Source: Selaginella moellendorffii
Lineage: Eukaryota > Plantae > Lycopodiophyta
Length of the DNA: 64,000 nt
Assembly: GCF_000143415.4 (NCBI RefSeq)
Contig: NW_003314294.1
Span: 625,453 to 689,452, forward strand
Reading direction: 5' to 3'
The notes below the pieces were generated by a model that saw only the letters and a list, made by a program, of their open reading frames with translations, did no database searches and was not told the DNA's origin. The position numbers were made by a program, and so were the translations under genes. Of this stretch, positions 38,027-49,893 are shown piece after piece (the stretch's first letter is position 1; each line of letters opens with the position of its first letter).

Positions 38027-40851
38027 ATGGCCTCCGCAAGTGCGACTCATGTTCCCTCCGTGGATCTTAAGAACCGTGCTACATGGATTCAGACAAAGGT
38101 GTTTCTAAACAACCCCGAGGGGGAGGTGGTAGCTGAGGGCTTAGCCACAGTTGTCGATCCAAGAGATGTGGTTGCTAATCAAGAATTGGGCTGGGATGAT
38201 ATTGGAGTTGCGATTTTAGAGGTTGTTGACACAGAAGAAAACAGTCTGACTATTGGAAGCATTGTGCGGTGGAAATTGAGGCACTTAGTGTTTGAGAATG
38301 TGAAGGATTCACAATCAAACACCACTACAACTGATGACAGAACATCTCTTCATGGGAAAAGAAAGTACACATTCCTAAAGCGCAGCCAAAGGGATCTAAG
38401 CAACGAACCGAAAAGGCAGAAAATAGCGATGGAGGTTCGAATGGTCTCGACAGTTGCTTGTTGCAAGAGGAGGTGCTGTCAACATGCTGATTGGGATGCT
38501 ATTGAAGAGGAGAGAGCAAGATACAAGACATTGTCCTGGAAGGCAGCTCGCAATTTTGTGTATGAGGCATTACGGTCATCTGTTGATGCTTCAGAACATC
38601 AGGTGGGGGGCATGGTCTTCCAAAGGGGTTTGGTCTGCATGAAGGCATGGAGAATCATTTATGGAGTCCCTCGAACCACATTCTACAGAATCAAAACTGA
38701 GTTCGAGGAACAAAAGGTTCAACAGGCAGTCCATGGGAACGACGGTACTCACAAAACTAGGGGTCATGTTGTATATGGAGAGGCAATCTTCAAGAGGTTT
38801 GTCGAGACATGTAGCGAGTAGCAACCACATAAAACCCACCTCTTGGAAGATGGAACTCGAGACACCCAATGAGTTCTCCCTTCCATGTATACCAAGGGGG
38901 CCATATTGGAAGATGTGAATCGGGAACTCCAGAGCAATGGCTACAGGAAGCTGACCCAATCTAGATTTAGTAGATTGTGGAGCAACAGGTTCAGGGATGT
39001 GAGTATAGGAAAGTACTCCAACTTTTCAAAGTGTGACGAGTGCACTGCTATCAAAATGGCTTTGTCGAAGAATTCTTGCATCACTCAAGAGCGAGAGACG
39101 TTGGTTAGAAGGCGGCTCGACCACAACATCGAGCAGAGAAGTTGCAGGACTGCATATTATCATAACAGGATTCTCTCCATGGAGAGACCTGACTCTTACC
39201 TCTGCATCATCCACGACAAAATGGACCAGAAAAAGACGTGCTTACCTCGACTCAATCCTGCCCCCAAGGCAATCTCTTCATCCATGTAGCTACCTGTGTC
39301 TCTGTTTGGCATAATCGCTCATGGGCATGGTGCCCAGAACTATGGGAACTTCTTTGTACCTCTATGGGGTGGCGGGGGTGCAAACATGATGATTGCATCC
39401 CTAGCAAAACACTTAAGGTCTCTACAAAGTGCGCAGACTGAGCTGAACGGCCAACCCTTGCATAAGGCCCTTGTCGATCGAACCCCATACAGGGTTCAGC
39501 AGAGGAGGAGCAAAGGCTTGCAGTATCACTTGGGGCCCCATGCCATCCTAGTGAATATGTTGGCCGTCAGATTGTAGGGTTATCACGTGAGGCCTCATGC
39601 CATTCCGACGAAGCTGGTCGCCTGGTGAATGCACAACCTCATCCAAACGAAGCAGAATCTCAAGGAAGTTCTTGCGGCCGATGTGGCCTTCCACCCCATC
39701 TTCTGCTCCAAACAGACAATGCTGGCAGTGAGAACAAAAACATGTACGTCTTCGCGTACTTGGCGATGCTTGTTGCCAAAGGCATATTTGAAACGGTTAC
39801 ACTTGGCTTTCTCATGGTTGGGCACACTCATGAAGACGTCGATGCCATGTTCAGTCACCTGGCAGAGTCCCTCCGGCGATCCAATGTCCTCACCCTCCCA
39901 CAACTCTACGATGAATTCCAAAATTGCATCAAAGGCACTGTTGAAGCTGCACTTGTGACAGAGGTTCCAGACTTTAAGGGGTTTGTAAGAGGCTACATCA
40001 GGGACGGATCCGAAACGCTGATTGGCCACTCCAAGCCTCTTCAGTTTCATTTCAGCATGCGTGACAGTGCTTCAGTGATGAGGTACAAGATGAGAGAATG
40101 GGACACAGTGTGGCTGCCAGTGGACGGCATTGAACTCTTCAAGAGAGATCCCATAACTGGGGAACCTATGATTCCTTAGGGTTCCCCACGGCCGATGCAC
40201 CCGGATGGACTCAAAGACTAAGAAACTATAGTGGCCGGGATTAGACAGCATATTGCCTTCTGGAAGAGTGGGTTGGTGTTTGGTGGAGAATCCTATTTTA
40301 AGAGGTGCAAGCCTTTGCTCGAATACTGGGAGAAGATTATATCTGCTATCCAAAACGGGCCGGTTGTATATGAAGAATTGGAAGAGTCCTTTTGGCTAGA
40401 ACCCAGAGCACCAGATAGTAGCGGAACAATGTCCTCTGGAAATGCAGTGACAGATAACGATGTTGAGGATCACTATTGTGGGCCAAGGAACAAGAAGCCT
40501 GATTCAGCATTCAATCCAGTACAGGTCTGCAAAGGAATGGTCGTGCTTGTCAGACCCAGTAATAAAAAACAAATGATATGGGTGGGGCGCTGCATCACTG
40601 ATGCAGAGGAGGATGCGGAAACTAACTCTTTCAATGTAACTGTGGAGTGGTTCAAGCCAAGTTCCAAATATACGAAGGATTGCCTAGAAAAGAGATGGGT
40701 GCTGAATCCAAGGGATCCCAGCATGAGCATATCGGTGGATAATGTTGTGCATGGTTGGATGCGGAAGCAGAGTGCCACCATCACCTTGCCAGACCATGCA
40801 AGAGATGCAGCAAGAGCATTCATAACCCGGGTTCAAGGTGAGATTCATTAA
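38027..40851 (+). pseudogene. Sola-like DDD transposase (~940 codons) with 5 in-frame stops and one frameshift
   Basis: Motifs VCMKAW..IYGV, FSKCDEC, CIIHDKMDQKK, IAHGHG, LLLQTDNAGSENKN, FLMVGHTHEDVDAMFS. Stops at 38819, 38870, 39287, 40177, 40219; frameshift near 39500. The 4-bp TSD fits Sola. Confidence 0.85.
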
Positions 40852-42525
40852 TATTCCTTTACTAAGTTTCTAATGTATTTTATTTCAAGGTGAATAATCC
40901 GAATCTGAATCAGAGGAGGCGTGATGGCATGGCGTGATGGCGTGAGGCGTGACACCAAAAAGGAGGTGTCCACTAGCGCTTAGGCTTATAATGGCGTGTG
41001 CCCTCATGCCATTTACTTGATCACCAAATACCTTTTTCCCTTTGCACTAGTATATCTTAATACCGGTTTGAGAAATAGAATGGCATGTGCCCTCAGGCCT
41101 TTTACTAAATCACCTTTGAAAGAAATGCAAGCCTCTATGTCGTAAAAAAAGGTACTAGAGAAATTCCTTAATAATATGAATGTTATTTAGTTTCATGAAA
41201 ATACACTAAGGGTCAAATGAGTTAAACGACTTCTCCAGACTAGCAATGCCTCTTGCTACACCTTCACAATTAGATTCGTTAGAAAAAGATAACATTGAAT
41301 AATATCTAAATGTTCTCACCATTAAGTTATATGTCTGGCTAATAGGAATGACGTTCATCTTGGAAAGCTCACCACACGCTCAATGAACAAACAAATAGTG
41401 TGTGCGCGCATGCCATCACTCTTCTTTAGCTTCAGATTCGGCTTGTTCACCTTGACAATGAGATTTATTATACAACCAGATGGACTCAGTTTGGACACAA
41501 AGTCACCGCGCTAGTCACCATGCCCCAGATATGTCTAGCCCCTGGACAAAAAACATATAATTTCACGTCATTTTCAAATACTTGAAAATTTGTACCTAGT
41601 CCCATTTTACTGAATAAATCCCACTTTAACGAAATAGAGCATATGCCCTTTTAACAGAATAAGGAACATCGACAGAGAGGCAGGTTATGTGACCAGTCGA
41701 CAGTAGCTACCCCATGACTAGAGATTTCAACATGCACACAAAGTGCCGAAGCCAATTTGCCTATACTGGCCCAAACTCAAAGATCAATATATGGATAATA
41801 TCAAAGTCAGAGACAATGATATCTTAGAGTGTTAATTATCAGTAAATATATTGTAGAGTAGAACACTAAAGTATTCCAAGTAAGTTATCAGCTGATAAAC
41901 TAGTATTATAGTTTAGGAACCACCAAGATCATCATGGTTGGAAAACATAGGATTCACTATCCCACAAAATTCAATAGCACATATACTATCAAGTAAACTC
42001 AATGATAAAACTTAACTACCAAAGATTGTAGATAGTATGCCAAACAACTTACAAAAGATAACTCAGAAAACACAAAGTATCATTGATTGGCAAACAAAAT
42101 GCTCATGAATGTGTCATTCGAAGGAAATAACATCCAAATCTATCAGATCCAACTATGGCAACAATCAACAGAATAGAATGAATGCAGTAAAACTAACAAA
42201 CACTTGTTCATGCCAATCATCGCACTTGCTAATCTGAATAAATCCTGGTTAACAACACTAAGGAACTAGAGTTGCTTTAACAAGTGTCAACAACATTATA
42301 CTGATGGCTCAAACCCAAGAGACCAATCCAGAACAAACCACAAAGAACATGTGCTATTGCGAAAAGCCAAAAGCCATAAAAAAGAACAACTAACCATCAT
42401 GAAAAATCATCAATCATCCTATAAAACAAAGAGATGCACAATCATCGTCAAAGAAAGAATCTACCATCCCGAAGAATAGCAAATCATTCTTGATCAACAA
42501 TAATCAAACAAAACCTTTGACAAGG

Positions 42526-42719
42526 TGTAAACAACCAAAGGGAACGACTTGAGAGACGATCCGTGGGGTTCAAATATAGAGGGAAAGGGCCCATGAACAA
42601 GAGTGCACCCCCTTTTCCAATCGGTTAAGGGTCTTGGGATATTTGGGGTTAAGCGTCCTTGGGTTTAAATAGTACTGGGCTGGGTGACCTCCCGAGAAGT
42701 CCAAACTCAAGAGCTTACA
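42526..42719 (+). mobile_element. Cassandra solo LTR
   Basis: Single 194-bp TG...CA 5S-bearing LTR with perfect TSD CAAGG (42521-42525/42720-42724). Confidence 0.93.
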
Positions 42720-43009
42720 CAAGGATAATCAACTATCCTAAATGATAGTCAATCATTACCAATGATTGCTAGATGCAAAAGTCAATTTCAACATCAAAGC
42801 TAATGAGCCAAAATGCCTTCCCCAACAAATGCCTTCCACTTTGGGCGAAAGCCAAACGAGTGTAACACATTTGGACTAAAAACACCACCTTGAAAGGTCG
42901 AGAGCAGGAGTGGAACTCCCAACAAAGTGCTTAAGGAACGAGCACGAAGCAAGCAATAAGTGAGTCTCTAGAAAAGGGACACAAGAAGACTAACACATGA
43001 CACGTGGCA

Positions 43010-43345
43010 GAGTCCGAGATGGACCCGAGAAGGACCCAAGATGGAGTCCGAGATGAAGTCCAAGATGGACCCGAGATGGAGTCCGAGATGGACTGAGACG
43101 GAGTCCGAGATGGAGTCCGAGATGGAATCCGAGATGGAGTCTGAGGTCAAGACCGAGACTAAGACCGAGACCAAGACTGAGACCGAGACCGAGACCGAGA
43201 CCAAGACTGAGACCGGGGCCAAGGCCGAGTCCAAGCCCAAGCCCGAGTTTGAGTCTGAGCCCAAGCCCAAGCCCGAGTCCGAGTTCGAGTCTGAGTCCAA
43301 GTCCGAATCCGAGTCCAAGTCCGAGTCCGAGTCCAAGTTCAAGTC
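43010..43345. repeat. Hexamer-based tandem array (GAGTCC/GAGACC/GAGATG) in family C LTR1
   Basis: Seen directly. Confidence 0.9.
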
Positions 43346-46300
43346 TAAGAGGGTGAAAGCCCAAAGCGTTCGTCTCCCAAACCCTAGGGGTTTGGTGAGC
43401 TCCAAAAGTATAGTAAGGGGGAGGACTGCAGTCGAGCCTGGAAAGGCCAATTTGGCCTAGGAAGGTTGTACCCAATGTTGGGTGATGAGCTGCCCACTGG
43501 GAAGTCCAAGACTAGAGTGAACACAGACTGACATGAGGGGTAGCTTGGTGAAGTGTTCAAGAGCCGGCTCTAGTTCCCCCGGGAGATCGACTGGCCGATG
43601 CTCCCAATCCAAGTGTGGGTGGCACTACCTACTTGGATACCAAGCGTGGCTCAACGGAACCTCGCTCTAAGCCCATGGCTAGAGCACCCAAAGGTGGAAG
43701 GCAGGGAGAGTACCCAGGAGGCTCACGTAAGGCCATGGTGTTCTGAAATGTTGCCCCAAAGTCCCAGATTGTGAAAAGGAAGAGGAGCCGTCCTCTAGTG
43801 TAGAGACCAAGGATACAGTCATGTGAGGAGGAAGTCCTAGAGGACCGAGGGACTTAGTGGTCGGGCTTGTGGGCCTTGATCCAATGGCAGTGTTGGCAAA
43901 CACGGCCATGGACAAAAAAGGACTTTGTGGGGACCGGAAAAGGAATATTGGGGAAAGTTATTCCCCATGTCTGTGGGCATCCTAAGGATGCTAAGGAGTG
44001 GATCTGGAATGATCACTCATGGACGGATGGCCCAATCCTTGAGAGACAGGACTATGATGTACATGGTGTTAGACCACCAGTGTGACCAAGGTGAATGGGC
44101 ATGGCCTTAGCGTAACAGGTTGATATGTCGGTGGTACCTTGGGGTGTCGGTCATGGGATTGGACACATGGAGCACTTAGACCAAGTGCAATGGTTGAGTG
44201 GCATGGATGCCATTCTTGGGGCTAGCAAGTCCCTAAGTCCAAAATGGGACTTACGGAGGTTGTGAGTGAGACTCCTCCAAGTGGTCGAAGGTGTGGTTAA
44301 GTGACTAAAGTAGAATGGAAAATTTAGTTGTTTACAACTTAGTATCGGAACTATTCCTTAGTCCAACTTTTATTGGTGCTCAAGTATATCACCATTGATG
44401 TTGGCATCAGAAGGTCCTAGGAGTGGGCCTATCCTTGAGGAGTAGCATGTCAAGAGAACATAGCTCTCCACTCAAGTTCATGCGTGAACTTGGGCGCGAT
44501 GTGGTGGATAGAAAAGGGCTAGTAAGGGAACGACTTTGGGATCTTGGGAACAGTATAAGGGTTTCCTCAGAGAGTTGAAGATGTGATCCAGATGAGCGTT
44601 TGACTTAGCAAACTGGTTGATGTAGTTGTGGTAAACAACTACAGTTGGGATCATGGGAAAGATGCAGACTCCAAAACGATAAAGGAGTCACAAGATTACC
44701 CTCATATAGTTGAGGCTGGTGCTCATAACTTTGAGACCGGAATTGATGACCATGGGAGGTCAAATACAGAAGAGGACACAAATCCTTGAAATAGTAGCTG
44801 GGGCTACCTCTAATAGATGCTAGAACAACCCAAGGAGTTGGGGGTGTACTCAGAGGATGAGTTGGTATTCTCATCACATGGACAAGTGGTCCTAAGGGGC
44901 AAAAGGTCGCCTCAAAAGAACAAATCAAGTGTCAGAGTAACACTTGCAAAGATGGTCCTTGTGAGCAGGACCTGAATACAAGAAGTTATATTCTAGTGAG
45001 CTGACACCTCAAAGGTAGGACTTCACAGGTCGTCGGATGACAAAGTCCAAAAAGCTAGATGACTCAAATAGAGTCAAAGAATAATCCTAAAGGATTGATG
45101 GAAACATTTGGACTGAGGTGTATGGTGCCCCATAAAGGATGGGGAGGATCGTAAGGTCCAAGTATGAGAACAGAGGGTATCTCATCGATGGCAAAATGTG
45201 CCATACTAAAGTCGTGGGAAAGGTGTTCCCCAAAAGAAAACAACTTTGGCATAAAGTTGTGTGTGAACACTATGGTTCAGTGCTAATTGATAGTTGGCAT
45301 AAGAGACAACCGTATTGGTCTTGGCAAAAACCTAGACACAAATAAGAAGTGTTATGGAGGTAAGCTCGTGGAGCCGATGGTGTGGAAACACCGAATGTGG
45401 CAAGGTGTGCTGCCTTGAGGTTAAGTTGACAGGTTTATGAGACCCCTTCCAAAGGAATCCCAATGGAAATGGGAATGGCATAGCCTAAGCTGGAAGGCAT
45501 GCAATTGGAGTGTGGTGACCCAGATAATGATGGAAGTGCGGAAGCACCAAGCAATGAGTTGTAGGACTTGACAACTATGGGGCAACTAAGCAAGAGGTGC
45601 AAAATAATTGGTTAAACTGGTAGAAGGTAACTACCTAAAACTTCTTATTAGGATAAGGAAGTTAGATATACTCCTATGGGAGAGAAGCTATTTATATTGC
45701 GATATAGTAAATCAATGTCGTAAAGGGAATGCTCATTGCCAAAGAAGATCATCATTGGGACACCCAAACACTTTAAAACACCAGTAAGTGGTGTTTGATG
45801 TCGCAAGGGCATTAGATAAGGCCCAAGGGACTAAGTCCCTAGCAAATGATGGATAGAAGGTGTCATTCAAACGTCCAAGGTTGTAAAAACAGGAGGAATC
45901 TGTCTACCCAATTTGGACAAAGCCAAAAATGAGATTTTGGCAAGGCTAGTGATGGGCATATGGAGGCCCATAAGTAGCAACAGTAATCCCGGTATGTGGG
46001 ATTATAAGGTGAGCATGCCCAGATTGAAGAACCACTCCCTAAGCTATCGGGTAGGTTCATCCCTATGTATACTTGCTAAGGCATGGTGGAATGTGCAAAG
46101 CTATCCTTCTAGTCTAGAGGAGAATAACCAAAGGAAACATATGAGGCCAAAAGGCAAGTAGTATTGGGATGGAACTGAACCATAAAAATCGAAGGGCATA
46201 ACCAACGATGGTTATGCAAGTTGGGAGTGGAGAATCAAAAGGGTGCTCGAGGATGTTGTTTTTAGCAACCGCAATGCCATAAAGAGTCTAAAATGTGGAA

Positions 46301-48616
46301 TCGTCTATGTTAAACTATATGGTGAGTAGGGAGCTTGCAAAGGAGAAGCTTTAGCAAGCTAAGGAACAGAGTTCCTTGAAGGTTCCCAAAGACAATTCTA
46401 GGTAGGTAAGTACCTAGAAAGCCAAGCGTAAATGGTTCCTAGAGCGCGTGAAATCAGAGTGGCACAGCAGAAGTGTGGTCTTGAAGCTGGCCATGAGGCG
46501 AGGTTATCAAAGTTGGGGAAGTAGTTCCCGAGTGTTCAAAGAGAGGCCTTTGAACAAAAGTCGATGGTTAAGGACTTTCACGCTTATGCATGAACCATGT
46601 TACGGTGGTCAGATGACTTGTTAAGTGAAATTGGCAAGTCGGGGGAACTAATACCCTAGTCGAAGGAGCCAACTTCAAAGGGGTGGCCCGTGGGGCCAAG
46701 CATAGAGGAGTCCATGCATGATCACAAACTTGTCAAGTGAGAGGACTTGGTAGTGCGAGGAACTAAGTTCCTAAGCTGTGATCTATAGCGCACTTTAAGT
46801 ATATGTTGGTGCACTGACGTGGGGAGTCACGCCAGACATCTTGTGTGATGCCGTCCGTAAATGCATATACGGAGGTTGGGTTCGAGTCCCGACCCTCTAG
46901 TGCTTGGGTTCGAGTCCCAAATCACTAGGGCATGGTGATGGTTTGGAATATGAGGACACTCATTTTTCGGTGGTCATGGACTCTCAATGAGGAGACTGGT
47001 TTGGGCACACCGCCAAGCGAGGGATGCCTCGAAGTCGTGATGCACGATTAGATTGCTTAGTGTGGCTCGGCATATCTAACTTGAACACCTTGGTGTGAAT
47101 GGCACCAAGGGCATGGTGAATGAGATGGGGACACCTAGTCTCAGTTGTTATGGACCCTTGGCCGTAAGGGCTAGCTTGGGTGCACCGCCAAGTGTGGGGG
47201 ATGCCCCCAGGGTCATGGTTAACAACTTGAAGGTCTAGAAGACCAAGTACCTCTTGGCAACTCTGTTAAGGTGCCAAGGTGAGATCCCTAAGTGATCTTG
47301 TGGCTAAATAAGGACAAGGTCCTTGGTTCGCTAAGGAATGAAGTTCGTGGTTCAAAGTGCTGATTTAAATTGTTTATGATGGTGGCGCTTGGTCAAGATG
47401 ACCAAATGGGAAGAGCACCTAAGGGAAATAAGCTATGTCCATGCGATGGCATAATGAGTCTGAGGAAAGTAGTCTCTATAAAATACCCATGGGAGGGTCA
47501 TTAAATTGGATTATGAATAAAGCCATAGCAGAAAATGATAAAGAGACATACTAGGGGTAAACACCCTCTAGACTTAGCAAAGCAAAGCCTTTGCTATGGA
47601 ACCGAAAGGATACCTCAAAAATGGAGGTAGCAATCCGATGTTGCTAGGTGCAACAATCAAGGATAGGAGCAAAAGATTAATGGCTAAGAAAAAAGATATG
47701 GGAACCATAGGAAAGAATCCAAAAGGCAAAGTTAGGCCAAGAACACTAATGTGTTGGGGGCTAACGAATTGAGGGAAAGGCAAGGTGTTCTCAAGGATGG
47801 ATTCCCAATTTCTCCGATTTTGCAAAAGTGGAAGCTCCAAAAGAGGGAGCAGTAAAGTAGCCAAATGATAGGGCCATAGACAGCCCTAGCACAAATTATG
47901 ATAACTGGAACTTAATGCCCAAGGAGGCACAAAATATAAGAGAGGATGATGGTGCCCTCAAGTAGAGAACTTCCTAGGATATGAAAGTGGACTTGCACAA
48001 TATGTGCAATGCAAGGTGTCAGAGACACTTAGGAAATTGACTTCAAGAAGTCAAAAGTAAACGTTCCAAAATGCAAAGGTTATGTCGATGGAAATTGAGA
48101 CTACTCGAGAAGTAATAGGATTGAGATATAAACGGTGTCTCTAACAAGTTTAGTGAGAACTAAACCAATAAAAGGAGAGAACCACTACAAGTGGTCCAAT
48201 CAGTCTCTAAGTTGGAGAGACTATCCTCCTTAAAGGATGGGCAAGGCATGGTGAGCCTTCAGTATCAAACCATTAACGAATATTGGCAAGGTGCCAAGAA
48301 TGGAAAGGGTAATATATGTTGATGTTACTTTATAAAATAGTTTATCTTTCGATAAGGACATCGAACTTTCTTTATGGGTGGTGGAGTTGTGAGACACAAA
48401 ATCCCTAGGCCCAAAGTGGAGCTGAAAGGGTGCCACGTGGTAGTGGCCGAAGCAAAAGCCAAACGAGCGTAACACGTTTGGACTAAAAGCCCCACCTTGA
48501 AAGGTCAAGAGCGGGAGTGGAATTCCTAACAAAGTGCTCAAGGAACAAGCACGAAGCAAGTAATAAGTGAGTCTCTAGAAAAGGGACACAAGAGGACCAA
48601 CACATAACACGTGGCA

Positions 48617-49893
48617 GAGTCTGAGATGGAGTCCGAGATGGACCCGAGAAGGACCCAAGATGGAGTCCAAGATGGACCCGAGATGGTGTCCAAGATGGAG
48701 TCTGAGATGGACCCGAGATGGAGTCCGAGATAGACCGAGATGGAGACCGAGATGGACTCGAGATGGAGTCTGAGATGGACCCAAGATGGAGTCCGAGATG
48801 GACCGAGATGGACCCAAGATGGAGTCCGAGATGGACCGAGATGGACCCGAGATGGAATCTGAGATGGAGTCCGAGAAGGACCCGAGATGGGGTCCAAGAT
48901 GGAGTCTGAGAAGGACCCGAGATGGAGTCCGAGGTCGAGACCAAGACCGAGACCGAGACTAGGACCCAGACAGAGACCGAGACCAAGACCGAGACCGAGA
49001 CCGGGGCCGAGGCCGAGTCCGAGACCGAGACTGGGGCCGAGGCCGAGTCCAAGACCGAGACCGGGGCTGAGGCCAAGGCCGAGTTCGAGACCGAGACTGA
49101 GACCGAGACCGAGACCGGGGCCAAGGCCGAGGCCGAGTTTGAGACCGAGACTGAGACCGAGACCGAGACTGGGGCTGAGGCCGAGTCCGAGCCCGGGCCC
49201 GAGTTAGAGTCCGAGCCCGAGCCCGAGCCTGAGCCCGAGCCCGAGTTTGAGTCCGAGTCTGAGTCCGATGTAAGCAACCAAAGAGAACGACTCGAGAGAC
49301 AATCCATAGGGGTTCAAATATAGAGGGAAAGGGCCCATGAATAAGAGTGCACCCCCTTTTCCAATCGGTTAAGGGTCTTGGGATATTTGGGTTAAGCGTC
49401 CTTGGGTTTAGGCTGGGTGACCTCCCGGGAAGTCCAAACTCAGGAGATTACATTTGGTATCAGAGGGGTCTCGGGTCTGACTCTGTTGGTTGGCTAGGGG
49501 AATTGCACCACATGTTGATTGACATCTGGCTGGTCCAGTTTGCTCCCGCTGGGCTCGACCTGAGGGGTAGGGTGTCAAGAGAGCGGGGCTCTCGGGAGAG
49601 TTGGGGCTCTCAGCTTCCATTCACGAGGGCGTGAACTTGCAGGGAAGCGTGGTAGATTGTAAGCAACCAAAGAGAACGACTCGAGAGACGATCCATAGGG
49701 GTTCAAATATAGAGGGAAAGGGCCCATGAATAAGAGTGCACCCCGTTTTCCAATCGGTTAAGGGTCTTGGGATATTTGGGGTTAAGCGTCCTTAGGTTTG
49801 AATAGTACTGGGCTGGGTAACCTCCCGGGAAGTCCAAACTCAGGAGCTTACACCCGGGTCCAAGTCCGAGTCCGAGTCCGAGTCTAAATCCGA
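48617..49893. repeat. Longer version of the same hexamer array in family C LTR2, interrupted by a Cassandra
   Basis: Seen directly. Confidence 0.9.
49269..49852 (+). mobile_element. Cassandra TRIM inserted in the LTR2 hexamer array
   Basis: LTRs 49269-49452 (about 10-bp deletion in the 5S segment) and 49658-49852; PBS tggtatcagag at 49455; TSD imperfect (tccga/cccgg). Confidence 0.9.

Larger units (their letters stand above)
28843..41099. promoter_or_regulatory. Dispersed 22-bp palindrome ATGGC(A/G)TG-N6-CA(T/C)GCCAT, about 19 copies, putative protein-binding sites
   Basis: Full or near-full copies start at 29128, 30205, 30280, 31519, 31710, 33350, 34686, 34763, 36224, 37761, 37859, 37929, 40991. 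Partial copies at ~28843, 31851, 34630, 37146, 39586, 41080. The function is inferred. Confidence 0.8.
28742..41642. mobile_element. 12.9-kb TIR DNA transposon, Sola-like, carrying a cargo gene
   Basis: TIRs aagctctatttcgttaaagtggga (28742-28765) and tcccactttaacgaaatagagcat (41619-41642), 23/24 match; 4-bp TSD ATGC (28738-28741/41643-41646); empty site in the sister LTR element at ~16350-16370. Confidence 0.93.

Noticed and set aside
28843-41099. CRISPR-like array of palindromic repeats
   Set aside because: Copies are irregularly spaced from tens of bp to kb, with no uniform spacers and no cas genes, in a eukaryotic context
42968-49323. Long low-complexity ORFs (ESE/TET/SVS/LGL repeats)
   Set aside because: They are translations of the hexamer arrays in family C LTRs and are open in several frames on both strands
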